Below are positions 53,426-62,515 of a DNA stretch of 64,000 nucleotides, one piece after another. The translations under genes and the position numbers were made by a program. The notes under the pieces were generated by a model that saw nothing but the letters and a program-made list of their open reading frames with translations, made no database searches and was not told the origin of the DNA. Positions within the stretch are counted from its first letter, which is position 1; every line of letters begins with the position of its first letter. This stretch comes from Gemmatimonadales bacterium. GTDB taxonomy: Bacteria > Gemmatimonadota > Gemmatimonadetes > Gemmatimonadales > GWC2-71-9. The DNA is taken from positions 50,087 to 114,086 of the forward strand of contig JBBDYB010000012.1 of assembly GCA_040901965.1 (NCBI GenBank), in the 5' to 3' direction.

Positions 53426-54088
53426 ATGATGGAAAGTGTGGCGATTCTGCTTCTTTCCATCATTCCAACATCCCAACTTTCCGCTCAGGGTGTCCTCAGC
53501 CAGTTCTCCTACGACAACCTCCGCTTTTCGGGGATCCAGTTCGACGTCGGTGTGCTCGGAGCCTCTGAGCTGACCGGGGCGACGGTGGGCGGGATCCGCG
53601 TAGACTACGGACGCATTGCGCCGAAGGTGCGATTGCTGTTCGGCGTCTCCTATTTTCGCTCGCAATTCGCCAACGAAGCGCGGGACCGGTTCGAGGCGCG
53701 CCTCGATAGCATCGTGAATCCATCCACTCCCGATAGCATCAATCTCGGCCGCATCGCGCTCAGCGACATCATCGGGGACGTCGATTTTCAGCTTGTCTTT
53801 CCGCAGGCCCATGGGATCACCGCCTACGTCGGCACGGGGGTGAGCATCCACCTCCGCAACGGCAGCGGCGCCGGGATCAACGGCACGTTCGTCGAAGACG
53901 CCCTCGACGTGATTACGGCGGGGCTGAACGCCACCATGGGTTTCGAATTCAATCTCTCTCAGGCGTGGCGCTTCACGGTTGATGGCCGGGGCATGCTGTC
54001 GAGCGGCTTGAAAACCGCCAGCCTACGCACCGGCATCATGTACCGGCTTCGTGGGGGCAGGGAGCAGCGAGCGGGGAGCGGGAAGTGA
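53426..54088 (+). CDS. small outer-membrane beta-barrel protein
   Basis: ATG 53426 gives MMESVAILLLSIIPTSQLSAQG (signal peptide), followed by a beta-strand pattern. The barrel appears to end ...RTGIMYRL and is followed by a 12-aa tail (RGGREQRAGSGK) encoded by a GGGAGCR heptamer array. Confidence 0.6.
   Translation: MMESVAILLLSIIPTSQLSAQGVLSQFSYDNLRFSGIQFDVGVLGASELTGATVGGIRVDYGRIAPKVRLLFGVSYFRSQFANEARDRFEARLDSIVNPSTPDSINLGRIALSDIIGDVDFQLVFPQAHGITAYVGTGVSIHLRNGSGAGINGTFVEDALDVITAGLNATMGFEFNLSQAWRFTVDGRGMLSSGLKTASLRTGIMYRLRGGREQRAGSGK
54053..54087. repeat. GGGAGCR heptamer array (degenerate, ~5 units)
   Basis: The array reads GGGGGCA GGGAGCA GCGAGCG GGGAGCG GGAAGTG. It spans the C-terminal tail of the OMP gene and the GTG start of the next gene. 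Confidence 0.7.
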
Positions 54089-55092
54089 ACGACCCGATGC
54101 GCGTCGGCGTCATCGGGGCGGGGGCCATCGCGCAGGTGGCCCATCTGCCGGTCCTGCGCAGGCTTCCCGGCGTGGAAGTGGCGGCGATCTGCGACAACGA
54201 CGTCGGCAAGGCGCAGGCGCTCGCCGCGCGGTTCGAGGTGAAGGACACCTACGACGACATCGAGGAAGTGCTGCGATACGCGAACGTCGATGCCGTCGTG
54301 ATCTGTACGCCGAATCACCTCCACGAAATTCACGTCACCTCCGCCCTGGCGGCGGGGGCGCATGTCTTGTGCGAGCGCCCCCTCGCGCTGAATCTCGAGG
54401 GCGTCGAGCGCGTGCTCGCGGCGAGCGACAAATACGGCAAGCGGGTGATGGTGGGCATGAACCACCGCTTCCGCTCCGACGTGCAGGCGGTGCGCGGCTT
54501 TCTGGCCGGCGGCGACCTCGGCGCGCTGCAGGCTGTGCGCGGCGGCTGGTACACGTTCCAGCCGAGCCGCCAGATGCTGGGTTGGCGGTTGCGGCGCGAG
54601 CAGGCGGGCGGGGGCGCGGTGCTCGACCTCGGCCTGCCGCTGATCGATCTCGGCCTGTGGCTCGCGGGCTGGCCCGCGCCAAAGCGGATTTCAGCCCATC
54701 TGACGCGAGCGAGTAAGGAGGGCGTCGAGGACATGGGCTCGGCGCTCATCGTGTGTGAGAACGGCGTATCGATCACGATGGACGTCAGCTGGCGGCACAT
54801 GGGAGAAGGGGAGCGCTTCTGGTTCGACATCGTGGGGGCCAAGGGCTCGGCGACGATTCAGCCGCTGCGCATCTTCCGTGAGCAGCACGGCTCGGCCGTG
54901 GACGTGACGCCCACGGGCGCGACCGGGCGCGAGACCCAGTTCATCCAGTCCTACCGGGCCGAGTGGATGTACTTTCTGGCGGTCATCAAGGGGGACGTGA
55001 ACGCGCCCCCGCCGCGCGACCAACTGGCGCTGCAGCGCGTGGTAGACGCGATTTACCGGTCGGCGGACGAAGGGCGCGACGTCTTGCTGTGA
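54085..55092 (+). CDS. Gfo/Idh/MocA-family NAD(P) oxidoreductase
   Basis: Rossmann N-terminus MRVGVIGAGAIAQVAHLP, plus VVICTPNHLH and CERPLA. GTGA overlap with the upstream gene. Confidence 0.88.
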   Translation: MNDPMRVGVIGAGAIAQVAHLPVLRRLPGVEVAAICDNDVGKAQALAARFEVKDTYDDIEEVLRYANVDAVVICTPNHLHEIHVTSALAAGAHVLCERPLALNLEGVERVLAASDKYGKRVMVGMNHRFRSDVQAVRGFLAGGDLGALQAVRGGWYTFQPSRQMLGWRLRREQAGGGAVLDLGLPLIDLGLWLAGWPAPKRISAHLTRASKEGVEDMGSALIVCENGVSITMDVSWRHMGEGERFWFDIVGAKGSATIQPLRIFREQHGSAVDVTPTGATGRETQFIQSYRAEWMYFLAVIKGDVNAPPPRDQLALQRVVDAIYRSADEGRDVLL

Positions 55093-56630
55093 ACGGGCGC
55101 CGAGTAGCGGTGCTGGTGGCGCTGGGAGCGATCGCCCTTACCGCGAGCTATCCGCCATTCCCGCTTCCTCCCCTCAGTTTTCTCGCGATCACGCCCGCCG
55201 TCCTGCTGATCCGGCAGGCGATCCAGGATACCGATCCCCGCCGCGCATTCCGCTGGGGTTGGTGGTACGGCGTTGTCACCAACGCGCTGGTGCTGTACTG
55301 GATGATCGTCGCGCTGTGGCATTTCACCCCGATGTCGGCGCTGGGCTACCTCGCGACCATCGCCGTGCTCGGCCTCCTGACGGGCGTGTTGTTCTGGTTT
55401 GTGGTGCGGCTGCGTCTCGCCGCGCCGGGAGTCCCGCTGTGGGTAGTCCTTCCCGTCGCCTGGACCGCACTCGAATGGCTGATCGGCCACCTCGGCGATG
55501 TGAGTTTCCCCTGGTTGGGGCTGGGCACGTCGCTCGCCGACGCCCCGGTGCTGGTGCAGTGGGCGGATCTGGCGGGCGCGCGGGGCGTTACCCTGTGGGT
55601 GGCGTGGTGCAACGTCATGATTGTTGACGCGGCAACTAGCGTGCGCGGTGCGCCGTACGCCGTGCGCCGGGCGACGATTCTGCTCGCCACGATCCTCCTT
55701 GCGCTAGGCTACGGCGCGTGGCGCATGAGGACGCTGCCGGTTCGCGAGGTTGGGGTGGTCGGGCTGGTGCAGCCCAACGAGGGGTTCCGAGAGAAGTGGG
55801 ATTCCGCGCACGCCGACAGCGTGGTCGCGAAACTCCTGGCCCACTCGCGGGAGCTGCTCGCCCGCGCGCGGCCTCAGCTCATCATTTGGCCCGAGGCGGC
55901 AGTCCCCGACTTCCTGTGGCGGCGGCCGCCGTGGGAAGCAGCGATCACGAGCCTGGCCCGCGAGAGCCACGTGCCGATCTTCACGGGCATCGTGCACGCG
56001 GATCCCAGCTGGCGTAGCACGAGCGACCCCTACTTCAATGCCGCCCTGCTCGTGGACTCGACCGGAGAGTGGCGACGCCACCCCGTGTACGCCAAACATT
56101 ACCTCGTGCCAGTCACCGAGCGGGTGCCGTTCGTACCCGTGCGCCTGTTCCGCGCGGTCCCGGGGCTCGCCCGCTGGTCGGGCGGAGTCTCATCCGGCCG
56201 TGACCTGCCCGTCTACGAGACGTCCATCGGGCGGTTTGGCGTGATCATCTGTTATGAATCGGCGTTCGAGGACCTGCCGCGGAAGTACCGCGCGCGCGGC
56301 GCCGACTTCCTGGTCAACATCACGAACGACGCCTGGTTTGGCCGCACCAGCGCGCCGCAGCAGCACGCTTCTCACCTCGTGCTCCGCGCCATCGAGACGC
56401 GCATGGGCGTCGCGCGTGCCGCGAACTCGGGGATCTCCGAGTTCCTGGATCCGTTGGGCCGAGCGTACGCGGCGACGAAGCTTGACGAGGAAGCAATCGT
56501 GGCCGACGTCCTGCGTACCAGCGACGTCATCCCCCTCTACGTACGGATTGGCGATTGGGTGGGCACGCTGGTCGTGGTGCTCACGCTCGCCGGTATCGCG
56601 TTCCTCCTGAAGCTTCGCTTCGCGCCATGA
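55089..56630 (+). CDS. lnt: apolipoprotein N-acyltransferase
   Basis: The GTG at 55089 overlaps the upstream stop (GTGA). Multi-TM N-terminus (SYPPFPLP..). The CN-hydrolase domain has LIIWPEAA, KHYLVP, VIICYESAF (catalytic Cys) and NITNDAWFG. Confidence 0.88.
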   Translation: MNGRRVAVLVALGAIALTASYPPFPLPPLSFLAITPAVLLIRQAIQDTDPRRAFRWGWWYGVVTNALVLYWMIVALWHFTPMSALGYLATIAVLGLLTGVLFWFVVRLRLAAPGVPLWVVLPVAWTALEWLIGHLGDVSFPWLGLGTSLADAPVLVQWADLAGARGVTLWVAWCNVMIVDAATSVRGAPYAVRRATILLATILLALGYGAWRMRTLPVREVGVVGLVQPNEGFREKWDSAHADSVVAKLLAHSRELLARARPQLIIWPEAAVPDFLWRRPPWEAAITSLARESHVPIFTGIVHADPSWRSTSDPYFNAALLVDSTGEWRRHPVYAKHYLVPVTERVPFVPVRLFRAVPGLARWSGGVSSGRDLPVYETSIGRFGVIICYESAFEDLPRKYRARGADFLVNITNDAWFGRTSAPQQHASHLVLRAIETRMGVARAANSGISEFLDPLGRAYAATKLDEEAIVADVLRTSDVIPLYVRIGDWVGTLVVVLTLAGIAFLLKLRFAP

Positions 56631-58609
56631 CCCGGGTGGGCGTGGACGTCGGCGGGACGTTCACCGATCTCGTCGCGGTCACGCCCGACGGCAGCCTCGA
56701 GATCCGCAAGGTTGCGAGCACCCCGCACGATCCCGCCCTCGGGTTGTTTCGCGCTCTGGATGCTCTCGGGTCGAAGGCGATCGACGTGCTGGTGCATGGC
56801 ACCACCGTTGCTACGAATGCCCTGCTCGAGCGCCGTGGCGCGCGGGTCGCGTTGATCACGACGGCCGGTTTCGAGGACTTGCTCTGGCTGCGGCGGCAGG
56901 ACCGCCCGGCGCTCTATGACCTCGCGCGCGATCATCCGCCGCCGCTCGTCGCACGCCAGGATGTGGTGGGTGTGCAGGAGCGGATGGGACCAGATGGCGC
57001 CGTTCTGCCCCTCTCCGATGCTGAAGTGGCGCGAATAGTAAAGGAAGTAGCCGCACTAGCTCCCGCTCCTGAGGCTGTGGCCATCGCGCTGCTGTTCGCA
57101 TTCCGCCATCCCGCACACGAACGCCGGCTGGCTCAAGCCCTGCGAGGCGCGCTGCCGGCCGTGCCCGTTGCGGCGAGCCACGAGGTACTCCCCGTGTTTC
57201 GCGAATACGAGCGCACCAGCACGACGACGGCCGAGGCTTACTTGAGGCCGACGGTCGCGGCGTATATCGCGAAGACAGCGAAGATGTGTGAGAGCCATGG
57301 GGTACGCTCACTCCGCATCATGACGTCGAGCGGTGGGACACTCGCGCCCGAGCAGGCGGCCGCCCGGGCGGCGAGCCTCGCGCTGTCGGGGCCGGCTGGT
57401 GGAGTCGTGGGGGCGCGCCTCGTCGGTGAGGCGGTGGGCTGCCGCGACTTGCTGACGCTCGACATGGGCGGCACGAGCGCCGACGCGAGCCTCGTGAGCG
57501 GCGGTGTCGCCCTCGCCGAAGGATCGGAATCGATCGCGGGCGTGCCCCTCGCGCTCCCGGCCATTCTGATCGAGACGGTCAGCGCGGGCGGCGGCAGCAT
57601 CGCGTCTGTCGACGAGGGGGGCGCGCTCCGCGTCGGCCCGCGCAGCGCTGGAGCCGACCCCGGGCCCGCCTGCTACGGCCGCGGCGGTACGGAGCCCACG
57701 GTAACCGACGCCTGCCTCGTGCTCGGCTGGCTCGATCCGGGATATCCGATTGCCGATGAGGTACGGCTCGACCGCGCCGCGGCGGAACGCGCGCTCGTGG
57801 GTCTCGCCGCGGCGATGGGCGGAGGGCGCGATGCCCGGCAGCTCGCGGCGGGCATCGTCCAGGTGGCGACCGCCGTGATGGCCCGCGCGCTGAAGCGGGT
57901 GAGCGTGGCACGAGGGATCGACCCACGCGGTATGGCGCTGCTTCCGTTCGGCGGCGCGGGACCGCTCTTCGGCTGCGCCCTGGCAGACTCGTTGGGAATG
58001 ACTCGGATCGTCGTGCCCCCGCACCCGGGTGTGCTGAGCGCGCTGGGACTCGCCGCGGCCCCCGAGCGGGTCGAGGTGCTCGCATCGTTTCATCGCCCGC
58101 TCGCCGATCTCGACGGCGCGATGCTCGCGCGCGGGTTTGAGCCCCTCCTCGCCGCAGGGGCGGCCGCCCTCCCCGGCGCGACACTCACGCGCTACGCCGA
58201 CTGCCGCTTCGCGGGCCAAGGATACGAAGTCACCGTGCCGGTGTCCCGCGACGATCCGGCCGCGCTCGGGGCCTCGTTCCGCGCCGCCCATCAGGCGCGC
58301 CACGGCCACGCCGATCCCGACCAGAGCGTCGAGCTGGTCAACCTGCGCGTCGCCGCCGAGCGGCCGGTGCCGGCTCCTACGCTGGGCCGGCGTGCGGGCG
58401 TGGGAACGCCGACGGCAGGACACCGCCAGATCGTGATCCGCGACGGCTCGCGGGTGCGCGCGGATGTCTGGCCCCTTGGGGAGCTGCCGGAGGGACGCCG
58501 GCTCAAGGGGCCCGCCGTGCTCGCGGGACTCGATGCCACCGCGCTGATCGAGCCCGGGTGGCGGGGCAGCGTGCACACCTCCGGCGCCGTGATCGTGGAG
58601 CGAGCATGA
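56627..58609 (+). CDS. hydantoinase/oxoprolinase A subunit (HyuA family)
   Basis: ATG 56627 (ATGA overlap with lnt) gives MTRVGVDVGGTFTDLV. Also HGTTVATNALLERRG and LTLDMGGTSADAS. Confidence 0.9.
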   Translation: MTRVGVDVGGTFTDLVAVTPDGSLEIRKVASTPHDPALGLFRALDALGSKAIDVLVHGTTVATNALLERRGARVALITTAGFEDLLWLRRQDRPALYDLARDHPPPLVARQDVVGVQERMGPDGAVLPLSDAEVARIVKEVAALAPAPEAVAIALLFAFRHPAHERRLAQALRGALPAVPVAASHEVLPVFREYERTSTTTAEAYLRPTVAAYIAKTAKMCESHGVRSLRIMTSSGGTLAPEQAAARAASLALSGPAGGVVGARLVGEAVGCRDLLTLDMGGTSADASLVSGGVALAEGSESIAGVPLALPAILIETVSAGGGSIASVDEGGALRVGPRSAGADPGPACYGRGGTEPTVTDACLVLGWLDPGYPIADEVRLDRAAAERALVGLAAAMGGGRDARQLAAGIVQVATAVMARALKRVSVARGIDPRGMALLPFGGAGPLFGCALADSLGMTRIVVPPHPGVLSALGLAAAPERVEVLASFHRPLADLDGAMLARGFEPLLAAGAAALPGATLTRYADCRFAGQGYEVTVPVSRDDPAALGASFRAAHQARHGHADPDQSVELVNLRVAAERPVPAPTLGRRAGVGTPTAGHRQIVIRDGSRVRADVWPLGELPEGRRLKGPAVLAGLDATALIEPGWRGSVHTSGAVIVERA

Positions 58610-60150
58610 CACTCGATGCCGTCGGCCTGGAGGTGATGGCCCATGCGTTCGCATCGATCGCGGAGGAGATGGGGCTCGTGCTCGTGCACAGCGCGCTCTC
58701 GCCCAACATCCGGGAGCGGCGCGATGCTTCCGCCGCGCTGTTCGACGCGGATGGCGAGATGATCGCGCAGGCCGCCCACATCCCCGTGCACTTGGGAGCG
58801 CTGGCCGATGCCGTCGCCGCGGTGCGCGAGCTGCAACCCGACCCGGACGAGCTCTTCCTTCTGAACGATCCCTACGCCGGGGGCAGCCACCTGCCCGACC
58901 TCACGCTCATCGGCGCCATCCGGGTGGAGGGGAAGGTCGGCGGGTACAGCGTCGTGCGGGCCCACCATTCCGACGTGGGGGGGATAACGGCGGGCAGCAT
59001 GCCGGCGGGGGCGCGGGAACTGTATCAGGAGGGTCTCATCATTCCGCCGACGCGGCTGACGCCGGAGATCGAACGGCTGCTGCTGGCCAATGTGCGCACC
59101 CCGGCGATGCGGCGCGGCGATCTGGCGGCGCAGCGCGCGGCGGTGGAGCGCGGTGCGGAGGGACTGCGTACGCTCGCCCGGCGGCACGGGTGGAACGCGC
59201 TGCGCGACGCCGCCAGGGAGCTCCTCGCCTACGCCGAGCGCCGCACCAAGGTGGTGCTGTCCCGTCTTCCGTCGCGGGGGGAGATGGTGGCGGTGGACTG
59301 CCTGGAGGGTGACGGCGTTCTCGAGAGCGATCTCGAAATCCGCGTCCGGGTGAAGATCGCAGAGGGCGTGTTCCACGCCGATTTCACGGCGACCGCCGGG
59401 GCGGCGCCGGGGAATGTGAACTGCCCGATGGCGGTCACTCGCTCCGCCGTCTTGTTCGTCGTCCGCACGCTCCTCCCCGAGGACGTGCCGATGAACGGCG
59501 GCGTTTCACGCGCGGTGGTGGTGACGGCGCCGCCCGGCTGCCTGATCAATGCGCGGCCGCCCAGCGCGGTCGCGGCGGGAAACGTGGAGACGTCGCAGCG
59601 TATCGCCGATACGGTCTTTCGCGCCCTTGCCGCCGGCGGATGTCACGTTCCGGCCCAAGGGCAAGGCACGATGAACAACGTGACCTTCGGAGGGAGCAGG
59701 GAGCGGGGAGCAGGGAGCTGGACCTATTATGAGACCATTGGCGGGGGGCAGGGGGCGAGTCGGGGCGCGAACGGGCCGTCGGGGGTTCACGTGGGCATGT
59801 CCAATACGCGCAACACGCCGATTGAAGTCCTGGAGCTCGAGCATCCGCTGCGGGTGCGGACCTACGCGCTCCGCGAGGGGAGTGGGGGAGTGGGGACGTG
59901 GGGAGGTGGGGAGGGTGTAGTGCGAGAGTTTGAAGCCTTGGCGCCGATGGAGGCCACTTTACTGACCGAGCGGCGCCGCCATGGCCCGAGGGGCGCCGCG
60001 GGCGGATCAAACGGCGCGCCTGGCGCTAACATGGTGAACGGAACAGCCCTGCCATCGAAGGTGACCCTGCGCTTGGCGGCGGGGGACATTCTACGAATCG
60101 AAACCCCCGGCGGCGGCGGCTGGGGACCATCGAAAGGAACGACGATATGA
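58606..60150 (+). CDS. hydantoinase/oxoprolinase B subunit (HyuB family)
   Basis: ATG 58606 (ATGA overlap). Contains SPNIRERRDASAALFD, LNDPYAGGSHLPD, AAGNVETSQRI and QGTMNNVTFGG. It contains an in-frame GGGAGCR heptamer array at 59692-59719. Confidence 0.9.
   Translation: MTLDAVGLEVMAHAFASIAEEMGLVLVHSALSPNIRERRDASAALFDADGEMIAQAAHIPVHLGALADAVAAVRELQPDPDELFLLNDPYAGGSHLPDLTLIGAIRVEGKVGGYSVVRAHHSDVGGITAGSMPAGARELYQEGLIIPPTRLTPEIERLLLANVRTPAMRRGDLAAQRAAVERGAEGLRTLARRHGWNALRDAARELLAYAERRTKVVLSRLPSRGEMVAVDCLEGDGVLESDLEIRVRVKIAEGVFHADFTATAGAAPGNVNCPMAVTRSAVLFVVRTLLPEDVPMNGGVSRAVVVTAPPGCLINARPPSAVAAGNVETSQRIADTVFRALAAGGCHVPAQGQGTMNNVTFGGSRERGAGSWTYYETIGGGQGASRGANGPSGVHVGMSNTRNTPIEVLELEHPLRVRTYALREGSGGVGTWGGGEGVVREFEALAPMEATLLTERRRHGPRGAAGGSNGAPGANMVNGTALPSKVTLRLAAGDILRIETPGGGGWGPSKGTTI
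59692..59719. repeat. GGGAGCR heptamer array (4 units) inside hyuB
   Basis: The array reads GGGAGCA GGGAGCG GGGAGCA GGGAGCT. It encodes ..GSRERGAGSW.. between the conserved TFGG and YYETIGGG segments. Confidence 0.8.
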
Positions 60151-60503
60151 CGTGGGTCCTGTTGGCGCTGCTCGGCGTCGTGGCGGGTGTCGTCTCGGGC
60201 CTGTTCGGCGTCGGCGGCGCGATCGTAATCGTCCCCGGGCTCGTGTTGCTGGCCAAGCTGCCTCAACACACCGCGCACGGCACGTCGCTTGCCGCGCTGC
60301 TGCTCCCGGTCGGGTTGCTCGGCGCGCTGGAGTATTACAAGCGCGGCCAGGTGAACATCGCGTATGCGGCGGTCATCGCCGGCGGTCTCTTGATCGGCGC
60401 GTACTTTGGGGCGCGGCTGGCGGGCTCGATGTCGGACGTGATGCTGCGGAAGGCGTTCGGGGTCCTTCTGTTGCTCGTCTCGGTGAAGCTCCTGGCATCG
60501 TGA
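60147..60503 (+). CDS. TauE/SafE-family (sulfite exporter-like) membrane protein, half-size
   Basis: 118 aa with four hydrophobic helices and GLFGVGGAIVIVP. 4-nt overlap with hyuB. Confidence 0.7.
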   Translation: MTWVLLALLGVVAGVVSGLFGVGGAIVIVPGLVLLAKLPQHTAHGTSLAALLLPVGLLGALEYYKRGQVNIAYAAVIAGGLLIGAYFGARLAGSMSDVMLRKAFGVLLLLVSVKLLAS

Positions 60504-60510
60504 GTCAGTC

Positions 60511-62430
60511 TCAGGCCTCGGGCGCGGACCGCTGAAACACCTTGCCGTCCACGAAGAGCTTGAACAAGTCGGAGTCCAGCTGCCCGTCCTTCACCTCGTG
60601 GCTCAGGATGTCGAGCGCCCGATCGAGCGAGACGGCGCGCTTGTAGGGTCGATCCTGCGCGGTGAGCGCGTCGTAGATGTCGCTGATCGTCATCATCCGC
60701 GTCTGGATCGGAATCGCCTCGGCGGTAATGCGGCGCGGATAACCGCGGCCGTCCATTTTCTCGTGGTGCCCGTAGGCGATGAGCGGGATCTGCTGGAGCT
60801 CCCGGGTCCAGGGAATGCGCTGCAGGAACTGAAACGTATGCGTGACGTGGCTCTCGATCTCGTGGCGCTCGGCATCGTCGAGGCTGCCCTTGCGGATCGT
60901 GAGATAGCGCATCTCGTCGGGTGACAGGAACGGGTCCGTCGCGCCGTCGAACGCCAGGTAGGTCCGCTTCGCCCACGCCTGCAGCTCTTCAAAGCTGCCG
61001 TCCGGCAGAATGCTGGGTTCGTTTGCCTGCAGCACGATCTCCAGAAAGCGGTCCAGCTCCTTCAGCTCCTGCTGGTGGGCATCCTCCAGTTGCTTGACGA
61101 AGCTCTCGTAGCCCTGTTTGCCGTGGGTCTCGAGGAATTCGGCGCGCTTGCGCCAGAACTCCCGCTCCGCGGTGCGGCGGATGAACGCGTGGCGATGCCG
61201 CACCAGCCCCAGGTCCGACGGGTACAGCTTTTTGGCCTTGATCAACACCTGTTCCCGGACGCCGACCTTGCCGAAGTCGTGGAGCAGGGCGGCGTAGCGG
61301 ATCTCTTTCAGCTGCTCGCGTGTGAACGTGATGCCGCGGTAGGGGCCGTCACCGGCGCGATCCACGATCTCGGCGAGGCCCACCGTCATTCCCGCGACGC
61401 GCCCGCTATGGCCGTAGGTCGTGGGATCCCGCTGCTCGATCGCGTGCACCGCCGCGAGCACAAATCCCTCGAACAGCCGCTCGATGTCCTCGTACAGCCG
61501 GCTGTTTTCGATCGCGACCGCGGCCTGGCCGGCCAGCGCGGTCACGAGCTCGACCGTGCGCTTGGAGTAGGGCACCACCTGATGCTCGACGTCGGCGGGC
61601 GTCGTCAGCACCGCGTCGAAGTTGCGCTTGCGGTTGATGAGCTGCAGCACGCCGATGATTTCCTCTTTGTGATCCTTCATCGGGATCACCAGCATCGACT
61701 TACTGCGGTAGCCGTAGCGTTCGTCGAACGAGCGGTTGATCGTGTACTCGACGTCCGGGGGCAGGAAGTACGCGTCGTCGATGACGAGCGAGTCGCCCGT
61801 GACCGCGCAATAGCCGGCGAGGCTGGTGCGGTCCACCGGGATGGTGAATTCCACGAACGGCGCCTCGGGCTTCGAGTAGGTCTGCGCCAGCCGGAACCGC
61901 AGGCGCTTGTTGCCCTGCTCGCTGCGCTCGACGAGGTAGAGGCTGCCCGCGTCCGACTGCGTGATGCGCCGCGCCTGCGTGAGGATCAGCTCCAGCAGGG
62001 TCTTCAGGTCGCGCTCCGTGCCGAGCGCGACGCCGATGCGCGTCAGCTCGCCGATTTCCCGGGCGCGCTGCGCCGCCTCGCCGCGCGCCCGCGCCGTCTC
62101 GGCGCGCGCCGCCGCCTCGCGAAAGCCGGCCCGGATCGCGACGAGCAGGCGCCGGGGAGTGGCCGGGTGGGTCAGGAAGCCCGACAGGAACTCGGTCGGC
62201 AGGCCCTGGGGGACGTCGGTCTCGCCGTCGCGGCCGATCGCCACGATCGCGCCGCCGGCGTCCACGAACGACCGTATCACGTCCACAGGGAACGCGGAGC
62301 GGCTTTCGGCGTCCAGCAGGAACACGGTCGGCCGATCGTCGGCCACGGCGAGGTCCTTGGGCTGGCGCACCGCCCGCGTCTCGACGTGGGCCGTCTCGAG
62401 CGCCGGCGCCACGGCGTCGGGCCGCCACAT
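60511..62430 (-). CDS. HD-GYP cyclic-di-GMP phosphodiesterase with GAF and N-terminal receiver-like domains
   Basis: 639 aa with a GAF-like segment (LLELILTQARRITQSDAGSLYLVE) and HD-GYP motifs (LLHDFGKVGV, HHEKMDGRGYP). Confidence 0.88.
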   Translation of the reverse strand: MWRPDAVAPALETAHVETRAVRQPKDLAVADDRPTVFLLDAESRSAFPVDVIRSFVDAGGAIVAIGRDGETDVPQGLPTEFLSGFLTHPATPRRLLVAIRAGFREAAARAETARARGEAAQRAREIGELTRIGVALGTERDLKTLLELILTQARRITQSDAGSLYLVERSEQGNKRLRFRLAQTYSKPEAPFVEFTIPVDRTSLAGYCAVTGDSLVIDDAYFLPPDVEYTINRSFDERYGYRSKSMLVIPMKDHKEEIIGVLQLINRKRNFDAVLTTPADVEHQVVPYSKRTVELVTALAGQAAVAIENSRLYEDIERLFEGFVLAAVHAIEQRDPTTYGHSGRVAGMTVGLAEIVDRAGDGPYRGITFTREQLKEIRYAALLHDFGKVGVREQVLIKAKKLYPSDLGLVRHRHAFIRRTAEREFWRKRAEFLETHGKQGYESFVKQLEDAHQQELKELDRFLEIVLQANEPSILPDGSFEELQAWAKRTYLAFDGATDPFLSPDEMRYLTIRKGSLDDAERHEIESHVTHTFQFLQRIPWTRELQQIPLIAYGHHEKMDGRGYPRRITAEAIPIQTRMMTISDIYDALTAQDRPYKRAVSLDRALDILSHEVKDGQLDSDLFKLFVDGKVFQRSAPEA

Positions 62431-62515
62431 CGGCGGGTGCAGCAGCAGGTATCTCAGGGTCTCGACCCTTCTGTGCCGCCCGCCTCGCCGGCCCGGCTAT
62501 CGAGCCGCAGCTCCG

